Part shown: piece after piece, positions 12,898 to 24,640 of the stretch
Layout: every line of letters begins with the position of its first letter
Position numbering within the stretch: position 1 is the stretch's first letter
Source: Stegostoma tigrinum
Taxonomy: Eukaryota
Assembly: GCF_030684315.1 (NCBI RefSeq)
Contig: NC_081354.1
Location: 28,948,226 to 29,012,225, forward strand
Direction: 5' to 3'
DNA length: 64,000 bases
Made by a program: the position numbers and the translations under genes
Notes under the pieces: model-generated
What the model was told of the DNA's origin: nothing
Database searches by the model: none
The model's input: the letters and a program-made list of their open reading frames with translations, nothing else

Positions 12898-15068
12898 TTG
12901 GACATAGAGCAGTTTTTCCGCCGTCTTCGCCTCCATGCCTACTTCTTCAACCGGGAGCCTAACCCTCCCTCCACTGACCCCTTCACCCGCTTCCAACACA
13001 AGTCCTCCTCCTGGACACCACCCCCAGGCCTCCTACCCTCCCTCGACCTCTTCATCTCCAACTGCCGTCGAGACATTAACCGCCTCAACCTCTCCACCCC
13101 TCTCACCCACTCCAACCTCTCCCCCGCAGAACGGGCAGCCCTCCGCTCCAACCCCAACCTCACCATCAAACCCGCAGACAAGGGTGGCGCAGTGGTAGTA
13201 TGGCGCATTGACCTCTACATCACCGAGGCCAGACGCCAACTCTCCGACACCACCTCCTATCACCCCCTCAATCATGACCCCACACCCGAGCACCAAACCA
13301 TCATCTCCAACACCATTCATGACCTCATCACCTCAGGGCACCTCCCACCCACAGCCTCCATTCTCAGTGTTCCCCAACCCCGCACGGCCCGTTTCTATCT
13401 CCTTCCCAAAATCCACAAGCCTGCCTGCCCTGGTCGACACATCGTCTCAGCCTGCTCCTGCCCCACCGAACTCATCTCCACCTATCTAGACTCCATTTTC
13501 TCCCCTTTGGTCCAGGAACTTCCCACCTACGTCCGTGGCACCACCCACGCCCTCCACCTCCTCCAGGACTTCCAATTCCCTGGCCCCCAACACCTCATCT
13601 TCACCATGGATGTCCAGTGCCTATACACCTGCATTCCACATGCAGATGGCCTCAAAGCCCTCCGCTTCTTCCTGTCTCGCAGGCCCGACCAGTCCCCCTC
13701 CACCGACACCCTCATCCGCCTGGCTGAACTCGTCCTCACACTCAACAACTTCTCTTTTGACTCCTCCCACTTCCTATAGACTAAGGGGGTGGCCATGGGC
13801 ACCCGCATGGGCCCCAGCTATGCCTGCCTCTTTGTAGGTTACGTGGAACAGTCCCTCTTCCACACCTACACAGGCCCCAAACCCCACCTCTTCCTCCGGT
13901 ACATTGATGACTGTATCGGCGCCGCCTCTTGCTCCCCACAGGAGCTCGAACAGTTCATCCACTTCACCAACACCTTCCACCCCAACCTTCAGTTCACCTG
14001 GACCATCTCCAGCACATCCCTCACCTTCCTGGACCTCTCAGTCTCCATCTCAGGCAACCAGCTTGTAACTGATGTCCATTTCAAACCCACCGACTCCCAC
14101 AGCTACCTAGAATACACCTCCTCCCACCCACCCTCCTGCAAAAATTCCATCCCCTATTCCCAATTCCTCCGCCTCCGCCGCATCTGCTCCCACGATAAGA
14201 CATCCCACTCCCGCACATCCCAGATGTCCAAGTTCTTCAAGGACCGCAACCTTCCCCCCACAGTGATCGAGAACGCCCTTGACTGCGTCTCCCGTATTTC
14301 CCGCAACACATCCCTCACACCCCGCCCCCGCCACAACCGCCCAAACAGGATCTCCCTCGTTCTCACACACCACCCTACCAACCTCCGGATACAACGCATC
14401 ATCCTCCGACACTTCCGCCATTTACAATCCGACCCCACCACCCAAGACATTTTTCCATCCCCACCCCTGTCTGCTTTCCGGAGAGACCACTCTCTCCGTG
14501 ACTCCCTTGTTCGCTCCACACTGCCCTCCAACCCCACCACACCCGGCACCTTCCCCTGCAACCGCAGGAAATGCTACACTTGCCCCCACACCTCCTCCCT
14601 ACCCCTATCCCAGGCCCCAAGATGACATTCCACATTAAGCAGAGGTTCACCTGCACATCTGCCAATGTGGTATACTGCATCCACTGTACCCGGTGTGGCT
14701 TCCTCTACATTGGGGAAACCAAGCGGAGGCTTGGAGACCGCTTTGCAGAACACCTCCACTCAGTTCGCAACAAACAACTGCACCTCCCAGTCGCAAACCA
14801 TTTCCACTCCCCCTCCCATTCTTTAGATGACATGTCCATCATGGGCCTCCTGCAGTGCCACAATGATGCCACCCGAAGGTTGCAGGAACAGCAACTCATA
14901 TTCCGCCTGGGAACCCTGCAGCCATATGGTATCAATGTGGACTTCACCAGTTTCAAAATCTCCCCTTCCCCAACTGCATCCCTAAACCAGCCCAGTTCGT
15001 CCCCTCCCTCCACTGCACCACACAACCAGCCCAGCTCTTCCCCCCCACCCACTGCATCCCAAAACTAG
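12898..15068 (+). pseudogene. PLE polyprotein (RT, Cys-rich linker, GIY-YIG endonuclease), 5'-truncated, one stop and one frameshift
   Basis: FFRRLRL, IKPADKGGAVVV, FYLLPKIHK, TMDVQCLYT, GVAMGTRMGP, RYIDD, TFLD; PCNRRKCYTCPH linker; NVVYCIHCTRCGFLYIGETKRRLGDRFAEH; TAG at 13777-13779; frameshift near 14600. Confidence 0.93.
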
Positions 15069-15072
15069 TCCA
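14969..15072 (+). repeat. Three ~38-bp tandem units at the end of the PLE ORF
   Basis: Repeating ccactgca(t/c)c...aaccagcccag units encoding PTA..NQPSSSPP; also present at 12600-12705 (minus) and 22857-22960. Confidence 0.8.
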
Positions 15073-15316
15073 ACCTGTCTCTGCCTCCCTAACCGGTTCT
15101 TCCTCTCACCCATCCCTTCCTCCCACCCCAAGCCGCACCCCCATCTACCTACTAACCTCATCCCACCTCCTTGACCTGTCCGTCTTCCCTGGACTGACCT
15201 ATCCCCTCCCTACCTCCCCACCTATACTCTCTCCACCTATCTTCTTTACTCTCCATCTTCGGTCCGCCTCCCCCTCTCTCCCTATTTATTGCAGTTCCCT
15301 CTCCCCATCCCCCTCT

Positions 15317-15346
15317 CTGATGAAGGGTCTAGTTCCGAAACGTCAG
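15317..15346 (+). ncRNA. Minimal hammerhead ribozyme motif (stem II weakened)
   Basis: CTGATGAAGGGTCTAGTTCCGAAACGTCAG. Confidence 0.7.
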
Positions 15347-16213
15347 CTTTTGTGCTCCTGAGATGCTGCTTGGCCTGCTGTGTTCATCCAGCCTCACATT
15401 TTGTTCTCCTCCTGTGTCTTCTTAGATTGCAGCACATCTTCTGCCACAAGTCTTCACTGAGGGGGCGTTTCAGTGTGTGCTTTTACACACATTGCCCCAG
15501 ACCTTCCCAAATGTGTGGTCTTCATCCAATTGAGTCACAAGCTGGGTTGAAAACCTCCAATGCACTCACGCCAACACCCTTAGCTGTTGCTCTGCCAGGA
15601 GATGTAAAGTGCACGTCCTCAGGTGTCAGCTGGAGTCAAGGTGACCAGAAGCATGATTCAAAACTTCTTTAATACACAACCCTTGGGCTGGTTGTAACTG
15701 GTTCCCCCTGAATCTGTGACCTCTTTGACCTTGGTTACCACTGCTCTCTGCAGCCAATGTCTGCTGTTTAATTTAGTTTGGCCAATTTACTGTCAGGCTT
15801 GATTTCTCCAACTGTGGATTAAATAGAACCTTCAATTTTGGGCCCTGTGGTCACTTGACCACACTTTATTTTTTCTGAACGTTTCCATGAGTTTGTAAGA
15901 GGAACATGGTGGCTGGTCCATTTATGAAAGTGGACTTATACAATTGAAACTTACAATTTGCAGCATCTGCTGGAAGAAAAATCAGTTTTCTTCAAGTTTT
16001 CTACTGCGAAGAAAAATTTTGACCGCTGCAAATTTGTTAGTTTATCTTGAAGGTCTGGAAAATTCAGGGGTTCCTCCAGTATCTCAAAGTTTGCTTGACA
16101 TTCTGCTGGTCACACTACTTTTGCTCATCACCAACAGATTAATTGAAGGCACGGCTATCGCAAGTACATTTCTAGTAAATGCCAAACATCCCAAAAAACC
16201 TCATGATTTCACA

Positions 16214-16429
16214 GAGATAATGGGAACTGCAGATGCTGGAGAATTCCAAGATAATAAAATGTGAGGCTGGATGAACACAGCAGGCCAAGCAGCAACTCAG
16301 GAGCACAAAAGCTGACGTTTCGGGCCTAGACCCTTCATCTGATGAAGGGTCTAGGCCCGAAACATCAGCTTTTGTGCTCCTGAGATGCTGCTTGGCCTGC
16401 TGTGTTCATCCAGCCTCACATTTTATTAT
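16214..16429. mobile_element. Palindromic PLE-terminus mini-element with hammerhead
   Basis: Arms 16249-16339 and 16341-16431 (2 mismatches) centred on T16340; plus-strand core CTGATGA...GAAACATC at 16339-16368; TSD CTCATGATTTC(A/T)CA at 16200-16213 and 16430-16443. Confidence 0.9.
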
Positions 16430-17319
16430 CTCATGATTTCTCATTTAGTTTTAAGAACATGGAATTCTAAAATAGTCTTCAGTTTTGCTTGTTGTTATCC
16501 AACAATGTCATAAACTCATCTTCTCTAAATTCTCCAACGTTGTATTAAACAACCCAACTACAATTGATAAAACAGGACTTCAACTTATCCCACATGCTCT
16601 TCCAATATGTCACTACTTAGTACAGCATCATCTAAATAGACCATGCAATTACAAACTCCAACTACTACTTGATTCATAAGCCTCATGGAACGTAGAAGGG
16701 CATTCTTTAAAAAGCTTCACATGATGTGTTACACCAAATGAGTTATACCAAAACTGACATTTCTTTAGCCTTTGGTATTAAAGGCACTTTCCAGTACCAC
16801 ATCAATAGAGGAATCGTTGAAAGGAATGTTGCACTAGCAATGCTACCAATGCAATTGAGTACGAATTGAGTATGCCACATTCACCTCTCTATCATGTATA
16901 CAAAATCTAGTTGATTCATTCTGTTTAAGAACCAACACTACAGATGGACTCTAGCTGCTTTGACTAGGTTCAAATGAGTGATTTTCCAGTATGTTCTGAT
17001 CCTGTTTCCAGTCAAGCTTGTTTTTCTGTGCTTACCCAATAATGTTGTTATGGCTCTCGCATATTTGCATCTAGCTAATCAAGTTGTATCTCCACAGAAT
17101 ACTCTACGTTTCCTTAGTAATCTTAAGATCCCCCAATTACCTTTAACTGTAAGAACACAGTGCCTAGCAATACCAATATTTCACTGTTAGATAGTCAAGC
17201 TGTAGGAGGCTCTCTGAGAACTGTCTACTTGTTCTTCTACCTCACTCTTAACTCCATCATCTTCCAATAAATTCCAGCCTGACATACTCGGTCATTTAAT
17301 GAGGATCATTTCAGAGAAG

Positions 17320-17690
17320 TCAGTTTACTAAAAGGACTAGACGAGTTACATACAAGAAGAATGTTCCTGATAGTGGGGGGAGTCAGAACTGGGGGTCACA
17401 GTTTAAGGATAATGAGTAAACCTTTTGGGACTGAGATGAGAGAAATTTCTTCACCCAGAGAGTGGTGGCCCTGTGGAATTCATGACCACAGAACGTGGTT
17501 GAGGCAAACATTGTGTTTTCAAAAGAAGATGAATATCTTTTGTAGCTAAAGGGATCATGGGATATGGAGGAGCTGGAGATTAGGTTATTAAACTGGAATG
17601 AGCAGCCAAGATCATATTGAATGGCGGGGATGGCTTAAGGGGTTGAATGGCCTCCTCTTGTTCCGATCTTCATTATTTCTAGGTTTCTAG
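17320..17690 (+). mobile_element. CR1 LINE 3' end fragment
   Basis: RTGGHSLRI...MREISSPREW (TRGH/RRNFFS-like) followed by a typical 3' UTR. Confidence 0.75.
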
Positions 17691-17944
17691 CCCTACTAAT
17701 AACTTTACATTAACTTCAGAATTTCACGTTCAGAGGTTCACTTTGTAACATCATTCCCAATATTTCATCTGCTGTTTGAAAACATTCTAGTTTTCTAATT
17801 TTGCTTTCATTTTCTTTCTTGGCTTTTTGTTTTCATTCTCTTATGCTCCAGTCTTTCCAATTGTAATTGAATATCAGCTGCTTCCAATGCTTCATTTCTA
17901 AGGCACCCTCTGCATTTCCTCTAAACCCAAGTGCTATGCTAATA

Positions 17945-18080
17945 GAGATAATAGGAACTGCAGATGCTGGAGAATCCAAGATAACAAAGAGCTTTCTGAT
18001 GAAGGGTCTAGGCCCGAAACGTCAGCTTTTGTGCTCCTGAGATGCTGCTTGGCCTGCTGTGTTCATCCAGCTCCACACTT
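17945..18080 (+). mobile_element. PLE-terminus mini-element with intact hammerhead core (17996-18025) and inverted tail
   Basis: CTGATGAAGGGTCTAGGCCCGAAACGTCAG; perfect TSD TGCTATGCTAATA at 17932-17944 and 18081-18093. Confidence 0.88.
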
Positions 18081-19435
18081 TGCTATGCTAATACCTTGAT
18101 TATTTCTGCCTTTCTGGTTGTCAGGCAGATCTCCTCCAGTTTGATCAGCAAGTCTGTCAATGTGGATTTCGAAAATTCCCTTAAGACTACCACAGAGAAC
18201 TCTGTCACCCACAGGAAAGCTTTTGCAATTTTACTGATATGACTTAAATGCAGTCCGGAACCTGTGTTATTTATTGATACCACACCCAAATCTTCAATGT
18301 CTGTGTTTCTAATCCAATTTAATCCGGGCCACGAGGCCCCAAATTTTGGAAGGACTGTGCAAACTGTTACAGTTCTCTAAATTCTCCCCAGATAGCTGGT
18401 GTCAATTTCTGACATCTGAAACAAAAACAAAGGGCTGGAGAAATTAAGCAGATCTGGCAACAGCTGTGGAGCTAAAAAAGAACAGAGTTCAAGTTTCAAG
18501 TTCAGTGACCCTTCTTCAGAACTGAAAGCAACTGAGAAATGATGGTATTCATGCTGATGACTGAGGCTGGAAACGAGTAAGATGAATAGATGAAGACAGG
18601 GCCCAGAGAAGATAGGCCCAGAGAGGATAAATTAGAACCACACAAAGGGTTGTTTATAGTAAACCATGTGAGAAGTAAATGCTTAATGGGTGATATTGGG
18701 AAGTGTGAGTAGATGATAATGGGTTGTTTGTGCTGAGACCAACCCATATAGAACAGGACCTGGGGTGCAGGGCTGGGTAATGGACATGGGAGGGGGAGAA
18801 AAAGGTCTTCACACTCTGAGATTGTTAAACCCAATGTTAGGTTCTGCGGCCTGTAAAGTACCTAGGCGGAAAATGAGGTGTTCCTCCAGCTTGCATTCAG
18901 CTTTGCTGGAGCACTGCATGGAAATGTTGTCATGGGTACATGGTGGTGTGAGATGGAAATGTTGATGTGGGAACATGGTGGTGCATTGAAGGACCAGGCA
19001 ACTGGAAACCTGGGGTCATTCTTACAGACAGAGCAGAGGTGTTCTGCAAAGCAGTCACCCAGTTTGTGTTTCACCACCCCAGTACAGAGGATTCAACATT
19101 GAGAGCAACAGACTAAATTGAATGAAGTGTAAATAAATCGCTGCTTCATCCAAAGGTATATCTGGGACCTTGGATAGTGAGGAGGGAGAAGGTAAACTAG
19201 CAAGTGTTGCACCTTCTAAAATTGCATGAGGAGGTGACGTGGGGTAGGGGAGGCATCTGGAGTACAGTATGAGGTGGAATCAAGGTATCAGTCTTTGCAG
19301 AATGCTGACAAGGGAAGGAAGGAAACATGCGGCTGGTGATGGCAACTGGGAGGGAGAGGAAATGGCAGTTTATGGTCCTCTAGATGTGGTGGCTGATGTG
19401 GTGGGAAGTGAAGACAAGGGGTACTTATCATTGAT

Positions 19436-19530
19436 AGATAATAAAATGTGAGGCTGGACGAACGCAGCAGGCCAAGCAGCATCTCAGGAGCACAAAAGCT
19501 GACGTTTCGGGCCTAGACCCTTCATCAGAG
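19436..19530 (-). mobile_element. PLE-terminus mini-element with intact hammerhead core (19499-19528)
   Basis: Matches the 12285-12375 terminus and stops just 5' of CUGAUGA. Confidence 0.85.
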
Positions 19531-20163
19531 ATTGTTGTGGAATAGAAGAGCAGGGATAAGGGCCAAAGTGCGGGAAATGGATCAGACACAGCTCATGGTC
19601 ATATTGACTGTGACAGGGGGAATCCATGGTAAAGCAAAAAGGTGGACATTTAAATCCCCTGCAGAAGGTAGCCTGATAAAAACAGATGCAATGAACAGAA
19701 CAGAGAAAGTGAAATGGAGTCCATGCAGGAAGTTGGATGTGAGGATGTACAGCTAAGGTAACTGGAGCCAGTGGGCTTGTAGTTCAAACTGGTAGCCAGC
19801 CTGACCACAGAAGCAAAATCAGGGATGTCAAAGCAGAGAAGGGGGGAGTCAGAGGTGGACTAGGTGAGAAGGACAGAAATTTTGATTGATTTATTGCTGT
19901 CACACGTTCTAAGATACTGTGAAAAAGTGCAGTTTTGCGTGCTGTACAGGCAGATCATAATGTACAAGATGCATCAGGGTAGCACAGCAGAGTGCAGAAT
20001 ACAGTGTTACTGTCGCAGAGACGGTGTAGTGTGCATGAGAGGTCCAAATTAACATTTGAGATGAGTATGCAAAAATCTGATAACAATGGGAAAAAACCAT
20101 TGGAAATTAGAAGAAAAATTGATAAATTTTTCCCAATTCCAGTCAAAAGACAGAAGTAGCACC

Positions 20164-21050
20164 GATAGCAAGGTGTAGAGCTGAATGAACACAGCAGGCC
20201 AGGAGGCATCAGAGGAGTAGGAAAGCTGACGTTTCGGATCTGGACCCTTCTTCAGAAATGGGGGAGGGAAGGGGATTCTAAAATAAATACAGAGACGGGG
20301 GAGGCAGATGGAAGGTGGATAAAGGAGCAGATAGGTGGAGAGGAGACAGACAGGTCAAGGAGGCGGGGATGGAGCCAGTAAAGTTGAGTGTAGGTGGGGA
20401 CTGGCAAGGATGAGGCTGGCAGGTAGGAAGTGGGGGTGGGTGTTGGTCAGTGAGGTGGGAGGAGCGGATAGATGGGAGAAAAGACAGGCAGGTATAGGAG
20501 GCGGGGACAAGCTGGGCTGGTTTTCGGATGAGGTCGAGGGTGGGGAGATTTTGAAGCTTATGAAGTCCACATTGAGACCATTGGGCTGCAGGGTTCCCAA
20601 GCGAAATATGAGGTGCTGTTCCTGCAACCTTTGGGTGGCATCATTGTGGCACTGGAGGAGGCCCAGGATGGACATGTCGACAAGGAGTGGGAGGGTGAGT
20701 CGAAGTGGGTCGTGACAAGGAGGTGCGAATTGGGCATAGGTGTTCCACAAAGCAGTCTCCAAGCCTCTGCGTGGTTTCCCCAATGCAGAGGAGGCCACAT
20801 CAGGAACAATGGATACAATATATCACATTAGCAGATGGGTAGGTGTACATCTGTTTAACGGGTAAGGTTTTCTTGGGGTCTGACACGGGGATGAGAGGGG
20901 AGGTGTAGGGGCAGGTGTAGCACTTCCTGCAGTTGCAGGGAAAAGTGCCAGGGGTGGTGAGGCCTGTGATGCTGCTTGGCCTGCTATGTTCATCCAGCTC
21001 TACACCTTGTTATCTCAGATTCTCCAGCAATGGCAGTTCCTACTATCTCA
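20164..21050 (-). mobile_element. Second PLE subfamily, 3' fragment with inverted tail; hammerhead at 20226-20255
   Basis: DMSILGLLQCHNDATQRLQEQHLIFRLGTLQPNGLN; core CUGAAGA-A-GGGU CCAG AUCC-GAAAC-GUC; inverted piece ~20967-21049; TSD AAGTAGCACCGA(T) at 20154 and 21051. Confidence 0.85.
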
Positions 21051-21689
21051 AAGTAGCACCGATGATGTCATTGATGTACTGCAGAAAGAAACAGTTGTGG
21101 GGAGGTGCATGAGTAGGATTGGAACAAGGAAAAACTTCCAATATCCCACAAAGTGACAGGCATAACTGGGGCCCAAACATGGCCACACCTTTGATCAGAG
21201 GAAAGTGAGAGGAGTTCAAGGAGAAATTGTTCAAAGTGAGGAAGACCTCAGCCAGGTGGAGCAGAGTGACAGTGGATAGGGACAGTTCAGGCTTTCCTTC
21301 AAGGAGAAGCAAAAAGAGTTCCAAGGCCATCCTGATGGAGGTAGATACGTAAAGGAATTACAGTCTATAGTGAACAGGGGAATGTTGATGCCAGCAAACC
21401 GGAAATTCTGAAGCAGATGTAAAGCCTTAGAAGAATGCAAGGAGGGAGAGATAGGAGAAGGGGAGAATAAAAAACAAAGTCGGAAGAAATAAGATTAATG
21501 GGGCAGGAATAGGCTGAAACAATGGGTCTGCTCAGGCAGTCCTATTTGTGAATTTTGGGAAGAAGGGTAAAGTAGAGACTGAGATGTATGCTGTGAATTT
21601 GAGGGGTGGAATTGCAGCGAAGAGAGCTGCCCAAATGAAATAAGGTTAGTGTCAATAACCTGTTGAAGCCTGGTGAACATCAGCTCCAG

Positions 21690-24640
21690 TTGTTGTCTCA
21701 TATGGAGAGGAAAGGAGTTGCTTTTACCATAACTGACTAATCGCTTTTATTTATGTATTATGAAAAGGTACATGTATGGCTTATACATTAGACAATACAC
21801 AAATAACTCAGTTGTTTTCCTGAAAGAACTAGAACCTATTTGTACACCACAAAAGGCCACTAACACTTCCAGAATTATCACAGGATATAAAAGCTAATAC
21901 CCATGCAGAAAAGCTGCTGTGGCTGTGCGGATTGACATTAGCCAGATATCGCCCTCGATGCCATCACATCCTGAAATGAGGGGTGCGCTTCTACTAAAGA
22001 TGATCTCTGGAGTTTTTGCTGGTTGCATGCCCCAAGGGTTATTTTCTTCTTTTTCCTGATCTTTCTCAAGTCATGTTGTCTCTTTCTTATGATTCAGGCT
22101 AATTCAATTATCACATCTTTATCTTATTGGCCCTAGACCAGAGATTTAGGTAGCATTACCTCATTGCTCCTTGTACAAATAAGGCTTTTGCATTGCCTCA
22201 TCTTTCTTACTTTTTTGCAGAACTTCGCTGGCACCAAGTGGTTCTGACCAGCTCTGGCCAGCTCCTAGATTATCCTCAGTTCACAAGCTGCTTCTTTCTT
22301 TATGTCAGCATTTTTTTTTACCTTCAGTATCTCTTGTTAATAATATTCGTGACTGACAGCCCCTATTTTCAACTTTCTCTGCAGCTTCTGGTCAGCATCT
22401 CCCAGGCAGTGATGACAATGGCTGGCATGCCTGCCTCTCTCTCTCCCCCGCTGCAGCCCCTGGCTAACAAGCCAAAACAATAGCTGCTGTTCAATGATGG
22501 AGTCATGGTCCGGGGGAGATAAGAAGCTATGTCCAAGAGCCAGTGAGGATGCATTACACTCAAAATATGAAATCTATTTCTCTCTCCACAGATGCTACCA
22601 GACTTGAGTTTCAGAGCTCCATCATCTGGACTTCTTTGTTTTAGAACATAGAACATTACAGCGCAGCATAGGCCCTTCGGCCCTCAATGTTGCGCCAACC
22701 TGTGAAACCAATCTGAAGCCCATCTAACCTACACAATTCAATTATCAACCAATTGCCACCCGAAGGTTGCAGGAACAGCAACTCATATTCCGCCTGGGAA
22801 CCCTGCAGCCTAATGGTATCAATGTGAACTTCACCAGTTTCAAAATCTCCCCTTCCCCAACTGCATCCCTAAACCAGCCCAGTTCGTCCCCTCCCCCCAC
22901 TGCACCACACAACCAGCCCAGCTCCTCCACTCCACCCACTGCATCCCAAAACCAGTCCAACCTGTCTCCGCCTCCCTAACCGGTTCTTCCTCTCACCCAT
23001 CCCTTCCTCCCACCCCAAGCCGCACCCCCATCTACCTACTAACCTCATCCCACCTCCTTGACCTGTCCGTCTTCCCTGGACTGACCTATCCCCTTCCTAC
23101 CTCCCCACCTATACTCTCTCCACCTATCTTCTTTACTCTCCATCTTCGGTCCGCCTCCCCCTCTCTCCCTAATTATTCCAGAACCCTCACCCCATCCCCC
23201 TCTCTGATGAAGGGTCTAGGCCCGAAACATCAGCTTTTGTGCTCCTGAGATGCTGCTTGGCCTGCTGTATTCATCCAGCCTCACATTTTGTTGTCTTGGA
23301 TTCTCCAGCATCTGCAGTTCCCATTATCTCAATTATCAACCATCTGTTTATCCAATGACCATTTAAATGCCCTTAAAGTTGGCAAGTCTACTACTGTTGC
23401 AGGCAGGGCATCCCACGCCCTTACTCCCGAGTAAAGAATCTACCTCTGACATCTGTCCTATATCTATCACCCCTCAATTTAAAGCTGTGTCCCCTCATGC
23501 TATTAGTTTAGTATTCCATGTCTTCCCCTTCAACTGCTCCATTTGAACCTTATAGTCACATTCTCTCTCGTCATCTTTATAGGTTCATAATCCTGAGAAA
23601 ACTCCTCTAACAACAAAGCATAAATTTCCTATGCTTTACCTATCAATTTACTCATTTGCCTAATTAATTTGAGAATGCCTCCAAATCTTTTTCCTCAAAT
23701 TTAAATGGAGTATTAGCTACCCTAAAATCCGTTTGAAGTATTACTGTGACCTCTGGTGATGGACTTTGTTTAGCCATGGCTCTGGTCACTACTTATGGTG
23801 GATTAACACCTGTAACCTGATCCTCCAAATTGTTCCATCTCCTCAGCCTCAACTTAGCTTTGCATGATTACAGCTCGTATGCAGAGGAAAAGAGTCGCTT
23901 TCACCATAACTGACTAATTGCTTTTATTTACATTTTGTGAAAAGGTACAAGTATGGCTTATACATTAGACAAAACACAAGTAACTCATATGTTTTCCTGA
24001 AAGAACTAGCACCTTGTTGTCTCAGATTCTCCAGCATCTGCAGTCCCTGCTATCTCTGCATCCTGTAGGTTTCGCTTTCAACTTCCAGAATTGTGAATAA
24101 ATACATTGCAAGTTGTTACAATAGAAATGTCTTGGTTTCTAATTTACACCTCCACTCTCAGTATTATCCCTTCCAACCGTAGGAGGGGACATTGAGGTAT
24201 TCCCAGCTATCCATTTCTTACCTTGGTTACTGCCTTCATTTCATTCAATGTACATCCTTTTACATTTGAATGTGAGACAGAATAAAGGATTAGTTTTATT
24301 GTTTAATTCAAACATCAGCTTTTTTTTGTTGCCTATCTACCAACTGCAATCCCTTGGCGCTCAATAAGAGTTCTTATTAAAGAAGGTAGTGTGTTTTTAG
24401 ATTCCTCTAAGAAAATAATCTAAAAACTTCATTGATCATTTCAGTTTCTAATGCTCTTAATTACCTGTTTAACCATTTTGAATTCAGTATAGGTTTCCCC
24501 AGGCTGATTACTTAACTTCTGGAATCTTTGCTTATTTGCCTCAGGCACAAACTCATGTGGCAATAGTTTTGAAAAGCACAAAAATAAAAAGAGACATTGG
24601 TCTATACTGGTCTGCATTCTTGTTATGTGAGCAGGCAAAA
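21690..24640 (-). mobile_element. Decayed Gmr1-like Gypsy internal fragment (gag/protease/integrase region)
   Basis: HEFVPEANKQRFQKL..QPGETYTEF (24441-24638), IIFLEESKNTLP (~24385-24420), VVTRAMAK (~23770-23792). Confidence 0.55.
22752..23330 (+). mobile_element. PLE 3' fragment with tail; hammerhead at 23204-23233
   Basis: Near-identical to 14867-15404 and adds the 3' tail; TSD AATTATCAACCA at 22740-22751 and 23331-23342; inserted into a CR1 3' fragment (~22640-23500, minus). Confidence 0.9.

Larger units (their letters stand above)
12246..15404 (+). mobile_element. Penelope-like retroelement (Neptune-type) with inverted terminal repeat
   Basis: RT plus GIY-YIG ORF; 12285-12883 is the reverse complement of 14791-15404; TSD TCTCCTCC(C/T)GTGTCT at 12231-12245 and 15405-15419. 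Confidence 0.95.
11660..18360 (-). mobile_element. Decayed Gmr1-like Gypsy LTR retrotransposon, interrupted by younger insertions
   Basis: PBS-like tggggcctcgtggcccggat (~18322-18341 minus); gag N-terminus AKAFLWV...RKAEIIKVLA (18083-18289); RT motifs YWKVPL (~16780-16797) and VYLDD (YLDD at 16627-16638); FLG-like connection ~16170-16198; LTR-like sequence below ~15900 with uncertain limits. Confidence 0.6.
18410..21600 (-). mobile_element. Older Penelope-like element, fragmented by nested insertions
   Basis: KHKLGDCFAEHL (GIY-YIG, 18862-19077), LTLNNFSLNSSHF..KGVAM and QYINDIIGA (RT, 21043-21330); degenerate hammerhead ~18490-18520. Confidence 0.75.

Noticed and set aside
12935-15052. Many overlapping 90-135 aa ORFs on both strands
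   Set aside because: Shadow frames caused by the C-rich composition of the PLE ORF; no independent motifs.
14969-15072. Regularly spaced ~38-bp repeats, superficially CRISPR-like
   Set aside because: Tandem units without unique spacers, inside a eukaryotic retroelement.
24222-24256. Minus-strand 35-nt exon-like segment with strong donor
   Set aside because: Lies inside the decayed Gypsy fragment and has a weak acceptor.
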